From Minisyncoccota bacterium (GTDB lineage Bacteria; Patescibacteriota; Patescibacteriia; SG8-24; DYFX01), in the NCBI GenBank assembly GCA_052034355.1, contig JBPOIQ010000002.1, forward strand, positions 1,555 to 65,554: 64,000 nucleotides of DNA, given 5' to 3'. The position numbers were made by a program, and so were the translations under genes. The notes below the pieces were generated by a model. That model saw only the letters and a list, made by a program, of their open reading frames with translations, did not search any database and had not been told where the DNA came from. The stretch's first letter is position 1. Every line of letters begins with the position of its first letter. Shown one piece after another: positions 35,438 through 45,166 of this stretch.

Positions 35438-35971
35438 GTGGAAGGCTGTCCAGTGATGTGCTATATTCCTAAGGATTTAATTTCAACGTTTTTTATGTTT
35501 CACAAGCTCATGCACAATCCGCTCATGATGCACCTGCGAAAGCCTTGCAACGCCGATGTGGCCAAGCTTCTTTTGCGCGTTGCGGTCGGCGCGATTTTTG
35601 TCTTCCATGGAAAGATGAAGCTCTTCGGCGGATTGGCCATGACGGCCGGTTTCTTCGGCAAAATTGGCGTGCCGATGCCTGCGCTCATGGCGCCGTTCAT
35701 CGGCGGCGTCGAGTTCTTCGGCGGCATTCTCCTGATTCTCGGCTTGGCCGTGCGCCCTGTCGCGCTCTTGCATGCCGCGACGATGGTTGTTGCCATCTTG
35801 GCCGCCAAGGGTCTCTCCTCCTGGGCCAAGATCGAGTTCGAAGTGGTCCTCTTGGCCGCATCTCTCAATCTCTTTTTCTCCGGCGCCGGCGCCTACGGTC
35901 TCGATGCGCTGCTCATGAAGAAAAGCGCGAGCGAGCACGATGCCGCCATGCCGATGGCACCCAAGGCCTAA
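35438..35971 (+). CDS. DoxX family membrane protein
   Basis: Hydrophobic four-helix pattern LLLRVAVGAIFVFHGKMKLFG...GGVEFFGGILLILGLAVRP typical of DoxX. Confidence 0.65.
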   Translation: MEGCPVMCYIPKDLISTFFMFHKLMHNPLMMHLRKPCNADVAKLLLRVAVGAIFVFHGKMKLFGGLAMTAGFFGKIGVPMPALMAPFIGGVEFFGGILLILGLAVRPVALLHAATMVVAILAAKGLSSWAKIEFEVVLLAASLNLFFSGAGAYGLDALLMKKSASEHDAAMPMAPKA

Positions 35972-35989
35972 CATTGACGCGAAGCCGAA

Positions 35990-36982
<993 letters not shown>

Positions 36983-36989
36983 GACGTTT

Positions 36990-37652
36990 ATGGTTGACCT
37001 GTGGCGGAGTTTCTTAGTCGCGCCGCTTCTCGATCTCCTCATCTTTTTCTACGAGACGATCGCTTTCGGTAACCTCGGATTGGCGGTTATCGAGATGACG
37101 TTTCTTTTGCGTCTCGCCTTGATTCCTCTCACAATCAAGGCGGAACGGGACGCGGCGCGGTACGAACATCTCGAGGCGCAAGTCGCCGACATCCAAGAGC
37201 GTTTCAAGTACGACGAGGTATTGGCGGGGGAGCACATCCGCGCGTTCCTCAAGGAACACAAAGTGAGCCATTGGGCCAAAGCGATGATTCTGTTTCTGCA
37301 GCTCATCGTCATGATCGTGCTCTACCAGGTGTTTCAGCGCGGCATCTACGGCGGGTTCAATCGCCCGATCAATACCACGTTTTTCGGCGCTGAGCTCGGC
37401 GCGCGCAACTTTTATTGGTCGCTGGCCGTCGGTCTCCTGCTTCTTGTCGAGATCACGTTCGAACAGCGTAAGGTCGCGCACCTGCTGCAGAAGAAGGATG
37501 CCGTCTATCGCTACGCTTTCCCGGCTTTTACCGTCGTGGTATTGTCGATCTTGCCGATGGCCAAGAGCCTGTTTGTCCTGACCTCGATGGTATTTTCTTT
37601 GACCGTCTCTAACCTTCGCCGCGCACTATGGCCGACCGACTCGACCAAATGA
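36990..37652 (+). CDS. yidC: YidC/Oxa1-family membrane protein insertase (short form)
   Basis: GLAVIEMTFLLRLALIPLTIKAERDAARYEHLEAQVADIQERFK matches the conserved YidC TM2/amphipathic region. ~5 TM helices, 220 aa. Confidence 0.6.
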   Translation: MVDLWRSFLVAPLLDLLIFFYETIAFGNLGLAVIEMTFLLRLALIPLTIKAERDAARYEHLEAQVADIQERFKYDEVLAGEHIRAFLKEHKVSHWAKAMILFLQLIVMIVLYQVFQRGIYGGFNRPINTTFFGAELGARNFYWSLAVGLLLLVEITFEQRKVAHLLQKKDAVYRYAFPAFTVVVLSILPMAKSLFVLTSMVFSLTVSNLRRALWPTDSTK

Positions 37653-38209
37653 TGTATTCGTTCGTGGTGGAAGATGTCCTCAAAGGGCTCTTCATTCACG
37701 TTCCGCCCGGGTATGTCGCCTGTGTGTACGATTTGGGTCGCGGCGTTTTGAAAAAAGTGATGATGCCGGGGCTGCATCTCAAGATCCCGTTTTGGCAGAA
37801 AGCCAAGCTCTTCAACACGCAAACGCTCGAATATTCGATTTCCAAGGAGTTTGATCCGTCGCATGCCAGGGCATTGGGCGATGAGCCCGTGCTGGCGCAA
37901 ACGGTCGACGGCAAGCGTGTCTCGGTCGAAGGAACGGTGCTGCTTCGTCTCGATATCGAGCAGATTCCGACGATCTGGCAGACGATCGGCGACGACTTCG
38001 TGCAAAAAATCGTCCGGCCGACGATCCGAAGCCGCATGCGCATGATCGCGGCCCGTTTCACGTTCGCCGACGCCATTTCGGCCAAGCGCGACCAGATCGA
38101 AATCGAAACGAAGCAGGAGCTCGAGCGCATCTTCTTCCCGCGCGGCATCCGCGTCGAGAATGTGCTGCTCTCCGAAATTCGCGAAACACACGATGAAGAA
38201 AAACAGTGA
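37649..38209 (+). CDS. SPFH/band-7 domain protein
   Basis: ATGA overlap with the yidC stop. Sequence is consistent with a prohibitin/stomatin-like beta-alpha core. No strong TM. Confidence 0.5.
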   Translation: MMYSFVVEDVLKGLFIHVPPGYVACVYDLGRGVLKKVMMPGLHLKIPFWQKAKLFNTQTLEYSISKEFDPSHARALGDEPVLAQTVDGKRVSVEGTVLLRLDIEQIPTIWQTIGDDFVQKIVRPTIRSRMRMIAARFTFADAISAKRDQIEIETKQELERIFFPRGIRVENVLLSEIRETHDEEKQ

Positions 38210-40922
38210 CCGCGCCTGGCATGCGCTCGATGCCGATGAAGCGCTCAAGGAGCTGGCTTCTTCGGTGGAGGGGCTGACGGATGAAGAAGCGGCCTCGCGG
38301 CTTGCAACCTACGGTCCGAACGAACTTCCCGCAGAAGCTTCGACTTCGCGGCTTTTCCTGTTTCTGAAGCAATTCAAAAGCGCGCTTGTGTACGTGCTTT
38401 TTGTGGCTGCCGCGGTTTCATTTTTTTCGGGCCATGCGCTCGATGCCGCGGCGATCGGCTTGATCGTTTTCGCGAACGCGCTTATCGGATATGCGCAAGA
38501 ACGCAAGGCGGAAGCCGCGATCGCCAAGCTCAAGGCGATGGTCGTGCCGACCGTGACGGTGAAGCGTAATGATCACACCGTACGTATCGAATCTTCAAAG
38601 CTCGTACCGGGAGACATCGTGCTGATCGCGCAAGGCGATCGCATCGCGGCGGATCTGCGGCTCGTGAGCTCGCGCGATCTTGAAATCGACGAAGCGGCGC
38701 TGACCGGAGAATCGCTCCCTTCTTCCAAGAAGACCGCTTCGGTCGCGCAAGACGCCGTACTCGGCGATCGATCTTCGATGGCGTTCATGGGCACGCTCGT
38801 GGTTTCCGGCGAGGGGGCGGGTGTCGTCATCGCAACGGGCCGCGCCACGGCCTTTGGGCAGATTGCCCAATCGTTGTCCGTCATCAAACGCGAGCAGACG
38901 CCGCTTGAGCGGCGTGTGAATAGACTGGGTGGTGGTTTAGCGATCGCTGCCGTCGTATCCGCCGGCATCATCTTCTTTATCGGCGTTCGGCAGGGACTTG
39001 AACCGCTCGACATGTTCCTGGTCGCGATTGCGATGGCCGTGTCGAGTATTCCGGAAGGCTTGCCGGCCGTCCTCGCCGTCGTGCTCGCGATTGGCGTCCA
39101 ACGTATGGCGCGGCGCAGCGCGATTACGCGCCGTTTGCCGGCGGTTGAAACCCTCGGGACGGTCGATATTATTTGCACTGACAAGACGGGTACGCTGACG
39201 GAAAACCAAATGACCGTGCGCACGGTTTTCACCTTGACGCACGAGATCGCGGTGACGGGCGAAGGATGGGCGCCAAAAGGCGAGTTCTTGATCGCGGGCG
39301 CGAGAGCCACTCCGGCGGAGCATCCTTCGTTTTTGCATCTTCTGCGCGTGGCGGCGTTGTGTAACCATGCGGCGGTTGAAGAGCGTGATATGCGTTGGGC
39401 GGCCTCCGGCGATCCGACGGAAGCTGCGCTGGTCGTCTTGGCCGGCAAGGGCGGTTACGAAAAAAACGACTTGCTGCGCGCAGAGCGTACGCTCGATGAA
39501 ATTTTGTTCACGTCGGAGCGGAAGTATCGGGCAATTTTGCATGAGTACGTCGCTCCAGGCGATCAACCGACGCGCGAGATCATGATCATCGGAGCCGCTG
39601 AAGTCATTCTCAATATGGCGGCCTCGGCGGCAGAACAAGGGACATCGCATCCGCTGACGCCGGCGACGCGCGCGAAATTGGAAGCCGGCGCGCGCTCCAT
39701 GGCCGACGGCGCGCTTCGCGTGCTCGCGGTCGCGTACAAGCGCGTCGATGCGGTAAAGGCGGAATTGCATGAAAAAGACCTGCACGGACTGACGGTTCTC
39801 GGTCTTGTAGGCATGATCGATCCTCCGCGCAAAGACGTGCGCGAAGCGATCATGTCCTGCAAACGCGCGGGGATCAGAGTAATCATGAACACGGGGGATC
39901 ATCGCGATACGGCCGTCGCGATTGCGCGCGAAGTCGGAATTTTGGAGCGCGCCGAAGATCTCAACGGGAAGGTTTTTACGGATGATGACGTCGTGGCGAT
40001 GTCCGACGCGCGCCTGCGTGAGGCGCTGGGGCACGCTGCAGTCTTCGCCCGTGTTTCGCCGCAAACCAAGCTTCGTATCGTAAGCGCCCTTCAGGCGCTT
40101 GGACATACGGTGGCCATGACCGGCGACGGCATCAACGACGCGCCGGCGCTCAAACGGGCCGATATTGGCGTCGCGATGGGGATCACAGGCACGGACGTGA
40201 CGAAAGAAGTCGCGGAAATGGTGCTGACCGACGATAATTTCGTTTCCATTGTCGCGGCGGTTGAAGAAGGTCGTATCGTGTACCGCAACGTCAAGCAAAC
40301 CGTGGCGTATCTTGTCATGACGAACGTCGGAGAAGTCGTGACGATTCTTGCCGCGCTCGTGCTGGCCTTGCCGATCCCGCTCCTGCCCGCGCAGATTTTA
40401 TGGCTCAATCTCGTGACGGACGGCTTTACGGGCGTCGCGCTCGCCGCCGAACGTCAGCACGGCGACGAGTTGTCGCAGCCTCCGCGGCGCAAAGACGCGC
40501 GCATGCTTTCTCGCAGCGTTTTCGTACTGACGGCATTTACGTCCACGCTTATGGCGGCGGGCACGTTGCTCATGTTCGGTTGGGCCGATCAGCGCGATGG
40601 TGAAGCCTATGCCCGCACCGTAGCGTTCCTTGCGATGACGTTCTTCCAGCTCTGGAACGTGTTCAGCTTGAGGTCCGTCACGGCTTCTGTATTCACGCTC
40701 GGTTTCAGGGCGAACCGGTGGGTTCCGGTCGGCGTTTCCGTTTCGATCGCGCTAGCCGCGCTCATCATCTATGTGCCGGCTCTGCAGAAAGTTTTTGGTC
40801 TCGCTGCCGTCGGTTGGAAGGAATGGGCGCTTGCGGTCGTTGTCAGTTCCTCCGTGCTTTGGCTTGTCGAAGGATGGAAAATCTTGATCCGTCTCGGCGT
40901 CATTCCGAAGCGCTGGCTCTAG
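38193..40922 (+). CDS. P-type cation-transporting ATPase (type IIA/Ca2+- or Mg2+-ATPase-like)
   Basis: DKTGTLT phosphorylation motif, TGES actuator-like region, GDGINDAPALKRADIGVAMG hinge motif, ~10 TM helices. Start chosen as ATG 38193 (ORF-track 38160). Confidence 0.85.
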   Translation: MKKNSDRAWHALDADEALKELASSVEGLTDEEAASRLATYGPNELPAEASTSRLFLFLKQFKSALVYVLFVAAAVSFFSGHALDAAAIGLIVFANALIGYAQERKAEAAIAKLKAMVVPTVTVKRNDHTVRIESSKLVPGDIVLIAQGDRIAADLRLVSSRDLEIDEAALTGESLPSSKKTASVAQDAVLGDRSSMAFMGTLVVSGEGAGVVIATGRATAFGQIAQSLSVIKREQTPLERRVNRLGGGLAIAAVVSAGIIFFIGVRQGLEPLDMFLVAIAMAVSSIPEGLPAVLAVVLAIGVQRMARRSAITRRLPAVETLGTVDIICTDKTGTLTENQMTVRTVFTLTHEIAVTGEGWAPKGEFLIAGARATPAEHPSFLHLLRVAALCNHAAVEERDMRWAASGDPTEAALVVLAGKGGYEKNDLLRAERTLDEILFTSERKYRAILHEYVAPGDQPTREIMIIGAAEVILNMAASAAEQGTSHPLTPATRAKLEAGARSMADGALRVLAVAYKRVDAVKAELHEKDLHGLTVLGLVGMIDPPRKDVREAIMSCKRAGIRVIMNTGDHRDTAVAIAREVGILERAEDLNGKVFTDDDVVAMSDARLREALGHAAVFARVSPQTKLRIVSALQALGHTVAMTGDGINDAPALKRADIGVAMGITGTDVTKEVAEMVLTDDNFVSIVAAVEEGRIVYRNVKQTVAYLVMTNVGEVVTILAALVLALPIPLLPAQILWLNLVTDGFTGVALAAERQHGDELSQPPRRKDARMLSRSVFVLTAFTSTLMAAGTLLMFGWADQRDGEAYARTVAFLAMTFFQLWNVFSLRSVTASVFTLGFRANRWVPVGVSVSIALAALIIYVPALQKVFGLAAVGWKEWALAVVVSSSVLWLVEGWKILIRLGVIPKRWL

Positions 40923-41065
40923 ATTGACGCGAGAGTGTTTCCGTGCAATCCTGCACGGGAGGAGGATCGTATGAGCATTGCCGCTCCCGAAGGAAAAAAC
41001 GCGCTGACGCGCTCGATTGATCTCGTCTTCGTTGCGAAGAAGGCATGTGAGCGTCTCCGCACGTC

Positions 41066-41500
41066 GTGGCTCGGATTCTGGCTGGGCTCGTTTCGGAGGA
41101 AGTCGTGAATCGATCGCGGCTGCGCGGTCTGAACCTTTCGCTTCTCGCCGCCTCGATCGCTCTCACGGTCGAAGAAGCTTCCGCGCGCGGCGAGCCGGTT
41201 GCGATCATGGACATCGATCGGCCCGAACCGCGCCAAGGCGCGACGGGCAAGACGGTACCGATCGTGATCATCCTGCGAACCGTCCCCGAGGAGACGGAGC
41301 CGTTCATGGCGATCGAAGATCTGATCCGGAACGGAAACGGTTTCCGCGCTTCCCTCGCGCACTTGCAGGTTCGTCGTTCGCCGATGCCGACGCGCGCCGC
41401 GCTGTCGCCCAAAGCGCGGCGCAAGATCGATCCGACCAAACCCCTCAAACCCAAGCCGCCAGCGCGCAAACCGCCGCTGCGCCGCAAACGCAGGCCCTGA
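41066..41500 (+). CDS. hypothetical small protein with Lys/Arg/Pro-rich tail
   Basis: ORF ending exactly at the terminator hairpin. The competing frame 41017..41637 runs into the next minus-strand gene. Weak support only. Confidence 0.3.
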   Translation: MARILAGLVSEEVVNRSRLRGLNLSLLAASIALTVEEASARGEPVAIMDIDRPEPRQGATGKTVPIVIILRTVPEETEPFMAIEDLIRNGNGFRASLAHLQVRRSPMPTRAALSPKARRKIDPTKPLKPKPPARKPPLRRKRRP

Positions 41501-41518
41501 GACTCAGGGCTTTTTTTT
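41494..41518 (+). terminator. intrinsic terminator
   Basis: GCCCTGAG-actc-AGGGC followed by TTTTTTTT. Confidence 0.75.
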
Positions 41519-41561
41519 ACAGCCTTCGTTTCCGCTATGTGTTTCGCGAGGCCGTGCGGCA

Positions 41562-42476
41562 CTATTTAAACAGCTTGTCGGCGTCGGACATGAAGGTGTC
41601 TGGTGTCGAAGTGATGAGACTTTCGCCTCTGCGTTGAGCCTCCTTGTAAAGCTCGTTCATGACGCCTATTTGCTGAAACATCGATTTACCGGCGAATTTT
41701 TCAGGAAACAGATTGAACGGCGTTAATTGATTGGTGTCCATATAGTATTGCGTCGGATCGGTTCGATCGACATACACCGGTACGGTCTTCGCTCCGAGGC
41801 GTAGGGGATTGATCGCTCCGGGCTTTGATCCAATCAGTTTTCCGTTGTAGGTGCGCGAAGCGCCGGAAAGAGGGTCGATCGCCGTGGCGCTGATATTCCA
41901 GCCCGCTCGCGATTGAAGCTCTTGGGGCATGACCGTCGTTTCCTGAATGCTCTTGATGGCGCTTACCTCCGTGATCGTTGCGTCCACGCGCGCTCCGTCG
42001 CGCAGGAAACGTTTCCTCTTCTGTACGGCGAGACGGCCTGCGAAACCGATCATCAAAAAGACAAGAAAACCGACGAAGGATCCGATCGGGGCGAGCCATA
42101 GCGCGGAGAATGAATTGATCTCGGCGCTTTCAGGTCGTTTGGGGTTGTAGAGCACGTCAACGCGCTGACCGATTTTAGGAAATTCCCCCATACTGAGACC
42201 AGACGTGAAGGTGTATGTCTTTCTGTCCGGAGTCGCGAACGTGACAATGGGCGCATAGGTCACGGAATAATGGCTCCTTGTACCACTGACGCGGCCGCGG
42301 CGCTCCTCAATGCCGGTGATCTGTCCATTCGCCTTCTCTCCGCTAACCGTATAGAAAGCACCTCCTGTAAAGACAAGGAAGCCAAAAAGAAAAAATACGG
42401 CACCGCCGAGACCGAAGATCATGGCTTGCATGTTGGGGTCGCGATTGAGCTTACTCTCCAGTGTTTTCATAGTCAC
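41562..42476 (-). CDS. DUF3592-like membrane protein
   Basis: N-terminal TM, a beta-rich middle, a second TM pair (WLAPIGSFVGFLVFLMIGFAG) and the RxxG..V.A.I pattern typical of DUF3592. GTG start. Confidence 0.5.
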   Translation of the reverse strand: MTMKTLESKLNRDPNMQAMIFGLGGAVFFLFGFLVFTGGAFYTVSGEKANGQITGIEERRGRVSGTRSHYSVTYAPIVTFATPDRKTYTFTSGLSMGEFPKIGQRVDVLYNPKRPESAEINSFSALWLAPIGSFVGFLVFLMIGFAGRLAVQKRKRFLRDGARVDATITEVSAIKSIQETTVMPQELQSRAGWNISATAIDPLSGASRTYNGKLIGSKPGAINPLRLGAKTVPVYVDRTDPTQYYMDTNQLTPFNLFPEKFAGKSMFQQIGVMNELYKEAQRRGESLITSTPDTFMSDADKLFK

Positions 42477-42600
42477 TTCAGTTTATCAAAAAAGAGGACT
42501 CGTGACGAGTCCACCGAGAAATACCGATCCTGCATCGAGGTTCCCGTTACACGAGCGAACCTCAAGCAAGTACTGCGCACTGTTGAAGGTTTGTTGCGGC

Positions 42601-42635
42601 AAAAAAATAAAACGGACTTCGCACGGGAAGTCCGT
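42601..42635 (-). terminator. minus-strand intrinsic terminator inside the 42477-42908 intergenic region
   Basis: Minus strand reads ACGGACTTCCCGTGCGAAGTCCGT followed by TTTATTTTTTT. Confidence 0.6.
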
Positions 42636-42908
42636 CAGAGACAGGCCCGAAGGCCCCTGTTCTTGGCGTCGAAGGCCTTGCGACGAGCGTCGCTGTGGCC
42701 CGGACGGAAGCGGTTCTCGACCATTGCAACGGCAGAAAGCCATTGCAGGGAGGGCACGCTTGCGTACGCCGCTCATTGGTTCGCCGTGGCCGTGCTCTTG
42801 AGGGGGAGGCAGAGCACAACACTTCGGCGTTCCATGAGAGAGAACAGTCGCCTGGCCGACACGCGGCCTTCTTTGATAGGTACGTTCTAGCAGATCGCCG
42901 CCGGGCTG

Positions 42909-43412
42909 TCAAGAGAGGCCGGCGAGGGCGATCGGCAGGGCTCGAAGATGGATCCATTCGAGCGCGAAGCCGAAGAGGAACCAGAGGCCGACGTATTCCG
43001 GCTTGATGTACCGCCAGATCCGCCAGGACGACTTGCGGTAGCGCCACGGGCATTCGCCGACGGTCTCTTCCAGGATGAAACCCCACGAGAATTCGAACAG
43101 GTAGGTGCAGAAGGCGTAGAACACGCCGCGCTGCCACCAGGCATAGCCGTAGAAGTTCGGCCACGCCTCGTCCATGATGTTGAACGCGAAGGTCGCCGAG
43201 ACGGCGTACACTGGGAAACTCCACAGGTTGGTGCAGCAGGGGAGCTTCCAGTCGACCTTCTCCTTTCGCCAGAGGCTGCGGACGACGTTGCCGATGCCGA
43301 TGAAGATGTCTTCGGCCGAGAAGGCCAGGACGGTGTAGAGAACGAGTTCGATGAGATGTGAACGCACGTGGACCTCCGCCTGCACCATTGCGGATTTTGC
43401 CTGAAATGTCAA
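42909..43412 (-). CDS. polytopic membrane protein of unknown function
   Basis: 167 aa, Trp/Phe-rich helices. No motif recognised. Confidence 0.45.
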   Translation of the reverse strand: MTFQAKSAMVQAEVHVRSHLIELVLYTVLAFSAEDIFIGIGNVVRSLWRKEKVDWKLPCCTNLWSFPVYAVSATFAFNIMDEAWPNFYGYAWWQRGVFYAFCTYLFEFSWGFILEETVGECPWRYRKSSWRIWRYIKPEYVGLWFLFGFALEWIHLRALPIALAGLS

Positions 43413-43425
43413 GCTTGGAACCCTT

Positions 43426-43465
43426 CTTGACGACTCGTTAGCACTCGTATATTCTGAGTGCTAGA
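43426..43465 (+). promoter_or_regulatory. sigma70-like promoter overlapped by a CIRCE operator (HrcA binding site)
   Basis: CTTGACG (-35-like), then TTAGCACTC-gtatattct-GAGTGCTAG, which matches the CIRCE consensus TTAGCACTC-N9-GAGTGCTAA at 17/18 positions. The TATATT -10 lies in the spacer. Confidence 0.8.
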
Positions 43466-43469
43466 AACT

Positions 43470-44159
43470 ATGGAACAGCTTGATTCTCGCCAGGAAATCC
43501 TGCTGAAACTCACCGTCCGACGCTTCATCCAAAGCGCCGAGCTGGTCGGTTCGGCGTGGCTGGCCGATGAATCCGGCCTGGACGTCTCCTCGGCGACGAT
43601 CCGAAACGAACTCGCGGCGCTCGAAGAACAAGGATTCCTGCTCCAGCCACATACGTCAGCCGGACGCGCGCCCAGCGAAAAAGGCTACCGCTATTACGTC
43701 GACCGCTTCCTCGAAAGGAAAAAGCCCGGTCCTGCCGCGATGCACGCGCTTGTCGAAGCGGTGAAAGCCGCCGAAGAGGAAGATGACAAGCTGCGCCGCG
43801 TCGCCAAGGCGCTCGCCGAACTCGCGAACGAATCGGCGCTCGCCGCCTTCGCTCCGCGCGACGTCTACTACACCGGCCTCTCCAATTTGTTCGCGAAGCC
43901 CGAGTTCAAACAACTCTCGCTCGTTGCCTCGATGTCGCGCGTGCTCGATCATCTCGACGAGACGATGGAAAAGATGTTCCCGGAAGTCGGCTCCGACGCG
44001 CGCATCCTGATCGGTTCGGAAAATCCCTTCGGCGCCGAATGCGGGCTTCTCGTCGTGCGCTCGCCGATCGGCCTGCTCGGCCTCCTTGGCCCGATGCGCA
44101 TGGACTACGACACCGATCTCGCCCTTCTTGAAACAGCCGTTGAAACGCTCAAAAACTGA
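43470..44159 (+). CDS. hrcA: heat-inducible transcription repressor HrcA
   Basis: MEQLDSRQEILLKLTVRRFIQSAELVGS...SSATIRNELAALEEQGFL...SEKGYRYYVDRFL matches the HrcA winged-helix region. The ORF-track GTG start (43458) lies inside the CIRCE right arm, so the ATG ~12 nt later is preferred. Confidence 0.85.
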   Translation: MEQLDSRQEILLKLTVRRFIQSAELVGSAWLADESGLDVSSATIRNELAALEEQGFLLQPHTSAGRAPSEKGYRYYVDRFLERKKPGPAAMHALVEAVKAAEEEDDKLRRVAKALAELANESALAAFAPRDVYYTGLSNLFAKPEFKQLSLVASMSRVLDHLDETMEKMFPEVGSDARILIGSENPFGAECGLLVVRSPIGLLGLLGPMRMDYDTDLALLETAVETLKN

Positions 44160-44170
44160 ACCCACCCAAT

Positions 44171-44247
44171 GTCATTCTGAGCGAAGCGAAGAATCTGCTT
44201 TCTTCCCCGGAAGAATAAAACAGATCCTTCACTGCGTTCAGGATGAC
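44171..44247. repeat. 77-nt imperfect palindromic element (27-nt arms GTCATTCTGAGCGAAGCGAAGAATCTG / CAGATCCTTCACTGCGTTCAGGATGAC around a TCTTCCCCGGAAGA mini-hairpin) in the hrcA-grpE spacer
   Basis: Arms are reverse complements at 21/27 positions, and the centre is itself palindromic. Confidence 0.6.
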
Positions 44248-44258
44248 ATAACAAATAT

Positions 44259-44765
44259 ATGTCTGACGAAGAAAAGAAAACTGAAGAACAGACGCAAGAC
44301 GACTTCGTTGAAAAAACTCCCGTCACGTCGGCAGAAGAAAAATGCGTCGAGTTGGAACTCAACTGGAAGCGCGCGCTCGCCGACTACCAGAACCTGAAAA
44401 AAGACGTCGCGCGCGAACGCGCCGAGATGGGGCAGTACGCCACCCTCCGCGTCGTCGAACGCTTCCTGCCCGTCTTCGACAACTTCAATACCGCCATGGA
44501 GCACATGCCGAAGTCCGACGACAAGACGGTCGTGAACTGGGCGGTCGGTGTCGGCTTTATCCAAAAGCAGCTCGAAGAAGCGCTCCGCGACCTCGGCCTC
44601 ACGATGATCAAGACGATCGGAGAAGCCTTCGATGCCACCAAGCACGAAGCGGTCGGCGAAGAAGAAAGCGACAAGACGCACGGCACGATCCTGAAAGAGG
44701 TTCAAGCCGGCTACGAGATCAACGGGAAGACGGTGCGGCCGGCGAAAGTGATCGTCGCGAAATAA
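44259..44765 (+). CDS. grpE: nucleotide exchange factor GrpE
   Basis: Coiled-coil N-terminus, then LPVFDNF...AMEH...GFIQKQLEEALRDLGLTMI...EAVGEEES...GYEINGKTVRPAKVIVAK, the GrpE C-terminal beta-domain signature. Confidence 0.85.
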   Translation: MSDEEKKTEEQTQDDFVEKTPVTSAEEKCVELELNWKRALADYQNLKKDVARERAEMGQYATLRVVERFLPVFDNFNTAMEHMPKSDDKTVVNWAVGVGFIQKQLEEALRDLGLTMIKTIGEAFDATKHEAVGEEESDKTHGTILKEVQAGYEINGKTVRPAKVIVAK

Positions 44766-44788
44766 AAGGGCGCGACCTTGCGCGACGA

Positions 44789-44823
44789 TCATCCTGAGCG
44801 AGCCGCGCGAGTCGAAGGATCCG
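44789..44823. repeat. second copy of the TCATYCTGAGCGAR...CGAAGRATCYG element, downstream of grpE
   Basis: TCATCCTGAGCGAGCCGCGCGAGTCGAAGGATCCG shares its 5' 17 nt and 3' 11 nt with the 44171 copy. Confidence 0.5.
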
Positions 44824-44844
44824 TGGTTCTAAAACGATAAACAA

Positions 44845-45144
44845 ATGCATATGTTGCTCAAAAGCGATCTTGAATGGGACGAAGAATACGAAAAGCACAG
44901 CTTCTCTTTCAAAGAGTGGCCGAAGTTCCTGATGTTTTTCCGCTTGAGCGGCGACTCGCTCGTGACCGTCCCGACCCGCGTCGTCGGCGACAAAGGCACC
45001 GAAATGCGCGACCAAAAAATCCGCCTGGCAGACCTCCCGAAGCACAAAGCGGGACTCAACAGCATCAAGCTGAGCGTGCAGACGCAGAATAAACTAGTGA
45101 AGTTTGATACGGTCGGGGCTAGCTTCAAGGCGTTGGCGAAGTGA
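44845..45144 (+). CDS. hypothetical small protein (99 aa)
   Basis: ORF between grpE and hsp20. No motif. Confidence 0.35.
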   Translation: MHMLLKSDLEWDEEYEKHSFSFKEWPKFLMFFRLSGDSLVTVPTRVVGDKGTEMRDQKIRLADLPKHKAGLNSIKLSVQTQNKLVKFDTVGASFKALAK

Positions 45145-45166
45145 TTGCGAATTAGCTCAGATCACT

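Noticed and set aside
38937-40298. 453-aa minus-strand ORF and many other 100-300-aa ORFs opposite dnaK, dnaJ, dus, rarA, the helicase, dnaX and the GspE-like gene
   Set aside because: All are antisense to genes with strong homology support and none carries a recognisable motif. The antisense set includes 45896..47260, 48575..49600, 35996..36871, 24558..25637, 61536..62552, 59439..60518 and 20713..21849.
42270-42890. 206-aa plus-strand ORF across the structured intergenic region
   Set aside because: It overlaps the N-terminus of the DUF3592-like gene on the other strand. The remainder covers a stem-rich non-coding-looking region, and the translation is low in complexity.
42477-42908. RNase P RNA or tmRNA identity for the structured region
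   Set aside because: Only one P4-like half (GUCCGGGC) is present, with no ACAGAAxCCGGCUUA partner. No tRNA-like 3' end (GGUUCGAxUCC...CCA) is found for tmRNA. It is retained only as a generic ncRNA/SRP-like candidate.
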